This document shows positions 44,847 through 54,800 of a DNA stretch of 64,000 nt, in pieces. The stretch lies in NCBI GenBank assembly GCA_021325135.1, contig JAJPHT010000014.1, forward strand, positions 32,001 to 96,000. Reading direction: 5' to 3'. The DNA is from Pseudomonadota bacterium (GTDB lineage: Archaea > Thermoplasmatota > SW-10-69-26 > JACQPN01 > JAJPHT01). Every line of letters begins with the position of its first letter. Positions within the stretch are counted from its first letter, which is position 1. The notes under the pieces are model-generated. The model was given only the letters and a program-made list of their open reading frames with translations. It was not told the origin of the DNA and did not search any database. The translations under genes were made by a program, and so were the position numbers.

Positions 44847-45314
44847 TTGAAGGCTGCCGTGCTCCGCACGACCGTCCGCGCCCCGGTGAGGCCCACCGAG
44901 GACCCCGCGCTCGTGCGCGCGGCCGTGCTGTCCATCTTCCCCGGCTCGGAGGTCCACGAGGCGCCCGGCCGCGTCGTGGCGCAGGTCGCGAGCCTCGACC
45001 GGCTGCGCCAGCTCATCGGCTCGCAGCGCATCCCCGACACCGCGCGGGGCGTCATGCTCGCGGGGCTCTCCTTCGACGCGCCCGAGGCGACGTTCCTCCT
45101 GGGCAAGCAGGCCGCCGCGGCGGGGCGCGCGCACTTCGGGCCGCTGCGCAGCCCCCTGGGCGACCTGGAGGTCACGATCCAGGGCGAGGACCTCGACGAG
45201 GTGGAGCGCGCGATCTACTGGCTGGCGCCCGACACGACGGTCCCCGAGGAGTGGGCCGAGGTGCCCGCGCGGCTGCGCCCGCAGGACGTCCCTCAGAACG
45301 GCCGCTCGCCGTAG
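44847..45314 (+). CDS. UPF0201 (COG1931) archaeal RNA-binding protein
   Basis: V.PTED...V..A...IFP, QRIPDTAR, KQAA.AG, PLG; start uncertain (44832, 44847 or 44859). Confidence 0.85.
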   Translation: MKAAVLRTTVRAPVRPTEDPALVRAAVLSIFPGSEVHEAPGRVVAQVASLDRLRQLIGSQRIPDTARGVMLAGLSFDAPEATFLLGKQAAAAGRAHFGPLRSPLGDLEVTIQGEDLDEVERAIYWLAPDTTVPEEWAEVPARLRPQDVPQNGRSP

Positions 45315-46174
45315 ACCTTCTCGTGGCGCGCGAGGGCCTCCGCGAGGGTGGGCTGGCCAGCCTGCGCGCCCACGGCCTCGACGACGAAGGAGCCGCACAC
45401 GTTGGCGAAGCGCGCCGCGCGGCCATAGTCCGCGCCGCGCTCCAGCGCGAAGAGGAACCCCGCGCGGTGGGCGTCCCCCGCGCCGGTGGGGTCCACCGCG
45501 GCCGCGGGGACGCCGGGCGCCGCGAAGCGCCCGCTGGGCGTGTGGACGAGCGTGCCCTCCGCGCCGCGGCTCTCGACGACCGCCCCCACGCCCGCCGCGA
45601 AGATGCGCGCGAGGTCGTGCCCCGCGTCCTTCTCCAGGCGGTCCCGCTCGTGGCGGTTGAGGAAGAGGAGGTCCGTCTCCGGCAGGCAGGCGGTCACCTC
45701 CGCGAGGTCGCGGTGGAACACCTCCTGGCCCGGGTCGAAGGAGACCCACTCGGCGCGGCGCATGAGGGACGGGTAGCGCGCGATCTCGCCCGCGCAGAAG
45801 TGCGCGCGGCCCGGGGCCATCTGCGCGTCGGGCAGGTCGCGCGACGCGCCCGCGTGGAAGAAGGTCACCTGGCGGCCCTCTGAGTCGAAGAAGACGTAGG
45901 CCCGCGCGGTGGGCGCCCGCGTCGCGGCGAGGCCGGAGAGGTCGACGCCGGCCTCGCGCAGCGCGGCCTCGACGCGCGAGCCCTCGAAGTCGGGACCCAC
46001 CGCGCTCACGAGGCGCGGTCGCGCGCCCAGCCGGGCCAGCGCCATGGCGACGTTGCCTGCCGTGCCCCCGGGCAGGTCGGGGTGGAGCTCGAGGATGCCA
46101 GCCGTCGCCTCGGGGTCTGGCAGCGTCCTCACGCGCGCCAGCGTGTCGAACGCGACGGTGCCCACGACCTGCAC
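45293..46174 (-). CDS. PfkB family carbohydrate/nucleoside kinase
   Basis: GGTAGNVA, VG.DF, FDPGQ, DPTGAGDAHRAG. Confidence 0.92.
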   Translation of the reverse strand: MQVVGTVAFDTLARVRTLPDPEATAGILELHPDLPGGTAGNVAMALARLGARPRLVSAVGPDFEGSRVEAALREAGVDLSGLAATRAPTARAYVFFDSEGRQVTFFHAGASRDLPDAQMAPGRAHFCAGEIARYPSLMRRAEWVSFDPGQEVFHRDLAEVTACLPETDLLFLNRHERDRLEKDAGHDLARIFAAGVGAVVESRGAEGTLVHTPSGRFAAPGVPAAAVDPTGAGDAHRAGFLFALERGADYGRAARFANVCGSFVVEAVGAQAGQPTLAEALARHEKVYGERPF

Positions 46175-46291
46175 GCGGGCGAGTCGTCCGCCGCCAGCAT
46201 AAGGCGTGCGGGTCCGTCGCGGCGGATCCAATCGACCGTTGTGCCAGGAGGGTTATCATCGCGCGGACGGCCAGGATGCTCGGGAAACCCC

Positions 46292-46690
46292 GTGAGCGTG
46301 AAATCGCCCCCCGATGGCCTTGACGAGGTGCTCGATGCGGTCGACTCCGCGACCCGAGAGCACGTCTCCCGCGCCCCCGCGATGGAGATCATCGAGGAGC
46401 CGAGCAGCTTCGTCCTCGCCTGCGAGATGCCCGGCGCCGAGCGCGAGGACATCCGGGTGGACGTGAGTCCCCACCGGGTCGTCGTCGCCGCCCTGCCGCG
46501 GGCCGCCCGCGAGGCGCGCTCCCGCCCCGGCTCCGGCGCGCCCTACCAGGACTTCGAGCGGGCCGTCCCCCTGCCCGCCGAGGTGGACCCGGAGGGCGCC
46601 GAGGCCCGGCTGAACAACGGCGTCCTTGAGGTGATCCTCCCCAAGAAGCGCATGGGCGGGTCGGGCGTCTACCGGCTCCCCGCCCTCTAG
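46292..46690 (+). CDS. Hsp20/alpha-crystallin family protein
   Basis: EMPG..REDI.V, FER.VPLPAEVD, ARLNNGVLEV.LPK. Confidence 0.9.
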   Translation: MSVKSPPDGLDEVLDAVDSATREHVSRAPAMEIIEEPSSFVLACEMPGAEREDIRVDVSPHRVVVAALPRAAREARSRPGSGAPYQDFERAVPLPAEVDPEGAEARLNNGVLEVILPKKRMGGSGVYRLPAL

Positions 46691-47019
46691 GTCCCCTTGG
46701 GCCCCGGCGCAACGGAGAAGCCCAGCGGGCACCCAGACGCCCGCGAGCAGTGCGCCCCGCGCGGTCCTGCTCCCGGGCGGCCGACCTTCCTTCCCGGCCG
46801 CCCCTCCCCCTCCCTTGCCCCTGCTCGCTGGGGTTCAGATTTCCTTGGCCAGGCCGGGATTTTGCGAGGATTTCTCCAGAACTCCGGCGGGTGACGACAG
46901 ACCTGCTATGCGGCACCTGACGGGCTTCGCGGCCCGAGTCCAGGAGGCATGGCGTTGGTCCAAGGTCGTTCCCCCCGCCCATCCACCCGCACGCTCCCCG
47001 GCCCCTCGGAGGCGACGGC

Positions 47020-48291
47020 ATGAAGACGCGCCTCGTCGCCGTGGCGATCCTCGCCACCCTCGTCGTCGCGGGCGTCGGCGCCAGCGCGACGCTCTACGTG
47101 GCCGCGGGCACCCCGGAGCAGGTCGTGGAGGGCCACACCGTCTTCGCCGTCATCTCCAACGTGGGCTCCAACACCACGACGGCCGCGCAGTTCGGCGCCG
47201 CCGTCGCCGTGCTGGTGCGCGACATCGAGACCTCGGGCACCGTCACCCGCTTCCCGGGCGTCCTCTGGTTCAACGACCAGTACCTCGTGAAGCCCTCCGC
47301 CGGGGCGCCCCCGTCAGATTCGGAGCGCGGCCCCTGCACGGGCGCCGTCCTCGCCGTGAACGCCGGGGACAGCGACCCCCGCCTCGACTTCCAGGCCGCC
47401 ACGCCCGCCTACGTCGAGTCCTACCAGGTCACGGACCCCAACGACCACTCGTGGGTCGTCGACAAGTGGTCCAGCGGCGGCGCCACGCCCCACCCCATCT
47501 GGGTCGTCGGCGTGGCCAACACGCAGTCCGGCGGCACCGTCTCCGCCGGCATCGCGACGCCCGACGACGGCACGAGCAACTGCTCCCCCTACTCGGACAA
47601 CCCCTGCGGCGGCCCCGACGTCCTGCCCGTCGTGGAGGACGGCAAGACCCCGGTCTACAACGACTCGGGCTCCGCCGAGAGCCGCTCCCGCTGCTTCCTG
47701 CGCCCCAACTCGCCCACGGCAGCCCCCGACGTGAGCAGCCACAAGACCACGGGCGACAACGGCTACGGCTACCCCTGCGGCGGCAAGGACAGCGAGACGC
47801 CCCCCGCCTCGTGCGGGGCCCTGCGCTACAACGCGCTGCTGTTCTTCTTCCTGGACGACCTCACCCAGGCCGGCACGCCCAAGGACCACACCAAGGGCAG
47901 CGCCGACTGGAGCGGCGACGCGAGCGGCTGCCAGTCGCCCACCACCGACCAGGAGCGCCGCAACTCCGGCGTGGAAGGCTACCCCTGCCCCGGCGGCGAC
48001 GACAACCGCGAGGGCAACAGCCACCCCTACAACCCCGGCAACGCCTACCCGCTCACCACCTACGACGGGCGGGGCAACCACGGCGGCAGCGCCGACTGCA
48101 CGGGCGACGGCGTGAACGACGCGAACTGCCACGCCACGCGCAACGTGGACATCTACTACGGCACGGCGGCCAACCCCGCGAGCCGGACCTTCCGGTTCCG
48201 CGACGTGGAGGGCAGCACCGCGCCGTACTACTGCGAGCCGGGCACGGTGCGCTGCAACCAGGACGACCTGCCCGTCGCGGTGTCACCGTAG
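47020..48291 (+). CDS. Secreted Cys-rich protein of unknown function
   Basis: Signal peptide; 12 Cys; Asp/Asn/Gly-rich loops. Confidence 0.8.
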   Translation: MKTRLVAVAILATLVVAGVGASATLYVAAGTPEQVVEGHTVFAVISNVGSNTTTAAQFGAAVAVLVRDIETSGTVTRFPGVLWFNDQYLVKPSAGAPPSDSERGPCTGAVLAVNAGDSDPRLDFQAATPAYVESYQVTDPNDHSWVVDKWSSGGATPHPIWVVGVANTQSGGTVSAGIATPDDGTSNCSPYSDNPCGGPDVLPVVEDGKTPVYNDSGSAESRSRCFLRPNSPTAAPDVSSHKTTGDNGYGYPCGGKDSETPPASCGALRYNALLFFFLDDLTQAGTPKDHTKGSADWSGDASGCQSPTTDQERRNSGVEGYPCPGGDDNREGNSHPYNPGNAYPLTTYDGRGNHGGSADCTGDGVNDANCHATRNVDIYYGTAANPASRTFRFRDVEGSTAPYYCEPGTVRCNQDDLPVAVSP

Positions 48292-48322
48292 GGACGCCCG
48301 CGGGCGTCCCGAACCCCTTTTT
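48291..48322 (+). terminator. Palindrome plus T-tract terminator
   Basis: GGGACGCCCGCGGGCGTCCC (perfect 20-nt palindrome) followed by TTTTT. Confidence 0.6.
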
Positions 48323-48382
48323 CACAGTCTTCCTCCACAAAACGTTCCTTCACCTCGGGGTCTGCGGGCTTCGGGAGCGTCT

Positions 48383-48814
48383 GTGCGAGTCCTTGCGATC
48401 CTGGCGTGCGCCCTCCTGTTGCCGACGGTGGGCGCCCACGGACCCGGTTGCGGGGACAGCCGCGTCCACGTCTACGTCTCCACCCCGCTGGTGGCCAGCC
48501 GCGGCGTCGACGCCTTCGCCGCCCCGGGCTGCCCCTCAGGCTCCGACCCGGCCTACGGCACGGGTGGAGCCTTCCTCCCCGCGGCCCACCACGGGGACCT
48601 CATCTGCGTCGCGGACAGCGTGGTCGCCCACGTGAGCTTCTCCATCGGGCGCGACCTGGACGGGGACGGCGTCATCTCGCCGGGCTCCGGCGACCAGGTC
48701 GCGGGCCCCTTCGACGCCACCTCCTGCGCCAAGGCCCCCTGGGAGGCCGGGGTGGACGGCGGATGGTGGATCATTCTCGGGTCCGAGGCGACCCAAGGGA
48801 CCATTTCCGCCTAG
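48383..48814 (+). CDS. Small secreted protein with DxDxDG motif
   Basis: Signal peptide; DLDGDG; several Cys. Confidence 0.65.
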   Translation: MRVLAILACALLLPTVGAHGPGCGDSRVHVYVSTPLVASRGVDAFAAPGCPSGSDPAYGTGGAFLPAAHHGDLICVADSVVAHVSFSIGRDLDGDGVISPGSGDQVAGPFDATSCAKAPWEAGVDGGWWIILGSEATQGTISA

Positions 48815-48887
48815 GACCCTCCTAGACCACAAGCATTTCACAATTTTCCTCCGATAACTTCAACCCCCGACAAACGGCATCGTTCGC

Positions 48888-51800
48888 TTGTTGCTGAGCC
48901 GGACCGGAGGCTGTCCGCGTGAGCTTGCACGCTCCCCCTTGTGTGCGCTCGCTGCGGTCCTCTTCACTGTAGGGCCCCTCTTTCTCTCGCCTCTGGCGGG
49001 GGCCCAGTCCGCACCCTCCTCCAGCGTGCCCTCCGACCCCACCCTGCTCAAGGCCCTCGCCCCCTGGATCCTGGGCGACAACGCCACCCGCGGCACCCCC
49101 CAGTCCGTGGACGCCCTCCTGGCCTCCCTGGGCAGTTCCGCCCCCCTCCTGGGGGCGGGCGGCGGGGGGTGGCCCGCCTACTTCAAGGCCTACGGCCTCC
49201 AGCCCAGCGCCTCGGACCAGGCCGCCCTGAACCGGTTCGCCCTGGACAACCCCTCCCTCTCCCTCATCGTGGAGCGGCTGGCCGGCGACCTCGCCGCGGC
49301 CAAGGACGCCCGCGACGCGGCCATCCCTAGGCTGGCCCCCGCCGACGCCGACCTCCTGCTGCGCGCGGCGGTGGCCCTCTCGGCCGGCGACTCCAGCTCC
49401 GTCTCCCCCCAGGCCGCCGCGCTCCTCTCCCAGGTCGACCTGAAGCGCCTGGACGACGCCGCGCTGGCGCTGCGCAACGAGGGCGTCGCGGCGCGCGACC
49501 TCGTCCCGCAGGCCAAGGCCGCCGACCAAAGCTATCAATCCGCCCTGGGCGCCCCGCTGCGCTCTGCCCTCGGCGCGCGCGACGCGGGCGCCGTGCTCGC
49601 CGCGCTGGGCGACGGCGCCGAGCCCCTCCACACCGACCTCTCCTTCCCGCAGATCGTGGCCGTCTCCGCGCGCCTCCACGGCCTGCCCACCGCGCCCGCC
49701 GTCCCCGCCCTCTCGCCCGACCTCGACGCCCCCCTCGCCAACGTGATGGCGGCGTCCCTCCTCGCGCAGTCCCAGCCCGGGAAGGCCTCCGCGCAGCGCC
49801 TCACGGCGACCCTCGCCGTGGAGCTTCCCCACCTGGTGCGCGCGGCCTACAACCTCAGCCTCGCGCCCCCCTCCACGCTCTCGCGCCTCTCCGGCTCCGC
49901 GACGCCCGCGCTGGGCGCGCACGGCCGCGACCACTCGATGCAGACGCTCCTGGGCGGCGTCCTGGGCCCCGCGACCCCCACCCTCGCCTCCGACGCCACG
50001 TTCACCAGCGGCGCGCAGGCGCTCCACGCCGCCATGGGCTCGCCCCTCACCGACCTCGCCGCGGCGCAGCGCGCGGAGTCCACCCTTGGCCCCACGCTCT
50101 CCCACGCGGTGGGCGCGCTCCTCGTGGCGCAGGCGGACTACCAGCGCGACCTCTCCCCCTCGTCCCCCGTCCCCGCGCGCGCCCGCGCCGCCGACGCGGC
50201 CGCGGCGCCCCTTCTCGCCAAGGGGACCCCTCTCTCGTCCCGCGACCTGCAGACGCTTGACGACGCCGTGAGCGCCCACGACGCGCTGCGCGCCCTCGTC
50301 GCGCTGCGCACCGCGGACGTGCTCGCCGCCGCGGACGCGCTTCGCGCGCTGGACGGCGCGTCGGTCCCCATGCAGGCCTCGACGCCGTTCGTCTATCGCG
50401 ACACGATGATCGTCGTCACGGGCCCCGAGCAGGACCACCTCACCCTCCGCGACGTGCCCCTGGCCCCCATCCTCTTCGTGGACCTGGGCGGCGACGACAT
50501 CTACGACGTGCCCCTGGCGGGCGTCAACGGCACCGCGCTGAGCCCCGGCCTCCCCCTCGATTCCACGTCCACGCGCACCTCCGTCGCCGTGGACCTGGGC
50601 GGCAACGACCTCTACCGCGCCGTGGGCCCCATGACGCTGGGCGCCGCGGCCGGCGCGGGCGAGGCGCCCACCCTCGCGCTCCTCGTGGACGCCGCCGGCA
50701 ACGACCAGTACCAGGGCGGCCCCCAGACGCTGGGCTGGGGCTTCGACGGCTTCGGCCTCGTCCTCGACGCCACCGGCGACGACGACTACAACGAGACCGG
50801 CGCGCCCCTCGTCTCCGCGGGCACGGACCTCGTCTCCGCCACCGCGGCCGGCGTCCTCGTGGACGTGCAGGGCAACGACAGCTATCATTCCGCGGACGGC
50901 TTCGTGCGCCTCCTGGGCGAGAACGCCTCGCAGGCCAGCCTCGCCGCCCTCGTCGACTACTCGGGCCAGGACCTCTACGACACCGTCTGCCCCAAGTCCG
51001 CGAAGGACGCCTGCTTCGTCACGCCGCGTCCCGACGCGCCCGGCTTCGTCACCGGCACGGGCCTCTTCGCCGACTTCAACGGCAAGAACGCCTACCCGCG
51101 CCCGGGCGACCCGTACCTCCCCTCCTTCCAGCAGGGGAACAACAACTACGCGTTCACCACCGGGGAGCGCACCGCCATCGTGCAGTCCGGCCCCCCCGAC
51201 TCCACCGGCCTGCTCTACGACAACGACGGCGACCTGCTGCCCAACGTCATCGACAGCACGCTCCTCAACGGCGATCCCGACAACCGCTGCAAGCCCGTCT
51301 GCTCCGTCGGCCTCACCGACTCCGACGGCGACGGCTGGCCCGACACCGCGGAGACGCTCCTGGGCACGGACGCCCACAACCCCAACGAGTACCCCGCGCA
51401 GCTCCCCTCCGTGCAGGAGCTCCAGCCCGGCTCGCTCCTCCCCTCGGGCACCCCCGGCTCCCAGGCGGGGAGCAACATGCTCCTGGACCTGCCCGGCGAC
51501 GTCGCCATCGGCCTGCCCGGCGCCACGACCTACGTCAAGGACTACCGCCTCATCGTCGACCTCGGCCTGGGCCAGGCGGGCGTCGACCAGGTGAGCACCG
51601 AGAGCGGCTCCGACGTCTACCTGGACAACGTCTCGTGGAACGGCGTGACCGTGGACCTGGGCGGCGACGATCGATATCAGCCCCCCATGGTGGACGGCAG
51701 CCAGATGCCGGGCATGGCCGCCAGCACGGGCTTCCCCGCGATCCTCGTGGACCTCCAGGGCAACGACCGCTACCTCGGCACGTCCCGCAGCGAGGGCTAC

Positions 51801-54800
51801 GCCACCGGGCAGGACTCCTTCGCGCTCCTCCTGGACGGCGGCGGCAACGACCGCTACGAGGCGCCCGCCGGCCTCTCCCAGGGCACGAGCGTCGACGACG
51901 GCTCCGCCTACCTCATCGACCTGGGCGGCGACGACACCTACCTCTCCCCCAACCAGGGCTACGCCGGGACGGACGTCGCGGTGGGCTCCGTGGCCGTCTT
52001 CGCGGACGCCGCGGGCAAGGACACCTACGACCGCGGCACGACGCCCACCACGTGGGCCGACGTCGACAGCTACCAGGGCGTCTCGCCCGTCGCGACCAGC
52101 GTCCCCGTCTCCACGAAGGGCGCCAGCGCCCAGCCCAACGCCAACACCGTCGCCGCGTTCCTCGACCTCGCCGGGCTGGACACCTACCGCGCCCGCGACG
52201 AGGGCGGCGCGATCCTGGACTTCTCCGCCCACAAGAACGACCGCATGATCGCGCGCCCCCTGCAGGACCCGCGCGGCGGCCCCGTCACCGTCTTCCTCGA
52301 CACCACCGTCGTGGGCGCGGCGGGCCCCGCGGACAGCGACGGCGACCTCTCGCCGGACGCCGCGGAGGCGATCGCCGGCACCGACAGCCAGAGCAGCGGC
52401 TCCAACCCCGTCGGCGGCACCGTGGGCTTCCTCCTGGACCTCCCCAACCTCGGCATCGGCGTGGGCAGCCAGGTCGACACGCGCTTCACGCAGGACTACG
52501 CCCTCAGCGTGGACACCGGCGGCCGCGACACGTACCTCAACCACGCGGGCGCCAGCACCCCCCGCTGGGGCGTCGCGCTGGCGGTGGACGCGGGCTCCGA
52601 CGCCGACACCTACGCGTCGTCCGGGCTCACCAACCTCTCGGCGTTCCGCCCCCTCATCAGCCTGGGCGCGGGCGCCAACGTGGACGGCGGCGCCGTCGAC
52701 GCGGGCTACGGCGCCGCGCAGGGCGCCGGCATCCTGGGCATCGGCATCCTGGAGGACGCCGGCGGCGCCAACACCTTCGACGTGAGCGTGGACGCGCCCA
52801 CCTGCTCCGCGTGCACGGTCCCCGTCATGGGCTTCGCCGCGTCGCAGGGCGCGGGCATCCTGGGCGTGGGCGTCCTGGAGGTGGGCGCCGGCGGCAACTC
52901 GTTCCACGCCACCGCCACCGCGCACTCGCCCCCCGACGACAAGGTCGTCCCCTCGGCCGTCGCGCGCACCGTCTCCCAGGGCGCGGGCGTCCTGGGCATC
53001 GGCATCCTCGCCGTGGAGGACCCGCTGAAGGGCGACTCCTACACCCTGGACGCGCGCGCCGACGGCGCCACGCCGCAGAACGTCACCAGCGGTCAGGGCT
53101 ACGGCCTGCGCGGCGTGGGCGTCCTCCTTGACGACGGCGGCAACAACGTGTTCCACGCCGGGCAGATGGCGCAGGGCGCCGCGGACGACGACGAGGCGAC
53201 GCTTCCCCTCGCCACTGGCATCAACCTCATCACCATCGGCTGGACCCCGGACCAGCTGGTGCGCAAGTCGCGCGACAGCGTCGGCCTGCTCCTCCTCCCC
53301 GGCGCGGGCGACGACACGCTGGACGCCGCGTCCCGCAGCCAGGCCTACGCGGGCTTCGGAGGCCTCGCCGCCCTCGTGGACGCCAACGGCGACGACGTGC
53401 GCACGCTGACGCCCGACGACGGCACGCCCTCCATGGGCCAGGCCGCCGCGCGCGCGAACGGCATCGCCATCCTCCTGGACAACCGGGGCGACGACCGCTA
53501 TATTTCCCGCGCGCAGCACGCGCCCGACGACGCGCAGGCGTTCAGCGACCAGGGCGTCGCGCTCCTCGTGGACGCCTCGGGCTCCGACACGTACTCCGCC
53601 ACCGACCAGGCGCAGGGCATGATCGCGCCCAATCCCGTCCTGGTCAACGGCCTCGCGACCCCCGCCACCGCGCTCCTGCCCAGCGACGCGTTCTTCGTCG
53701 ACCGCATGGGCGTCGACTCGTACCAGATGGGCTACGGCAACCTTGGCCAGGGCGGCGTCCGCGCGCCCAGCGCGCCCACCACCAAGGAGGGCGTGGGCGT
53801 CGCCCTCTTCCTCGACCTCGGAGGCATGGACGCCTACGCGGCCGCGCTGCGCGGGCAGACGCCCCTCTCCGAGAAGCAGGGCTCCACCGTCGTCGTCGGC
53901 CCCACCAGCCGCCCCTCCGACGGCAACGACTGGCGCTGGACCAGCGCCTCGGGCACCAACGGCGAGTACCAAGGCCTGGGCGTCGACGACGAGAGCGTCG
54001 GCGACGGCGTCGCCGCCCTCACCTCCGCCCTTTCGACCACCGTGGGCGTCGGCGCGGAGGTCGCCGTCAAGGACCCCGACACCGGCGCGAACGCGCCCTC
54101 GCCCCTTCACGGCAACGTGCAGCTCGTGGGCCACCTGGGCAACGGCGGCTCCGCGCTGAAGTCGTCCGCCCAGGGCGTCGACCGCGTCGAGTTCCGCCTG
54201 GACTCCCTCCCCCTGGGCCGCGCGACGATCCCCTCCGGCGACGACTTCAAGCTCGCCTGGAAGTCCAACGCCACCGACATCAACGGCGACCCGCGCTACG
54301 CCGACGGCGAGCGCACGCTGCACGCCTACGTCTACCTGCGCGCCGGCACGCCCGCCGCGGCCGACAGCACGGGCCGCCAGCAGGCCGTCGACGCCGAGCC
54401 CATCCCCACCGAGGCGCAGGTGCTCATCGACAACCCGCCCGTCCCGCGCGTCCCCGCGATCCCCAGCGTCCTCTCCACCTCGCGCGGCGAGATCGAGATC
54501 CCCCTGCGCGTCGACCGCGACCTGGAGACGCACACGCAGTGCCCCGCGTGCGACCCCGCCTCCGTCGCGGCCGGCCCGGACGACTGGGCGCCCGCCCCCA
54601 CCGTCGACCTGCTGGGCGACGCGCGCGGCGAGGCGTTCTGCCTCGCGGAGGACTGCGCGCCCACCGGCGTCACGGCCGTCCTCGCCCAGGGCAAGGTCTA
54701 CCTCAACTGGACCGCGCCCGCCGAGGACCTCTCCTCCGTCAAGCTCTACCGCGTGTTCCGCAACGACTCGGGCGAAGCCCGCCTCATCGGCTCGGTGGAC

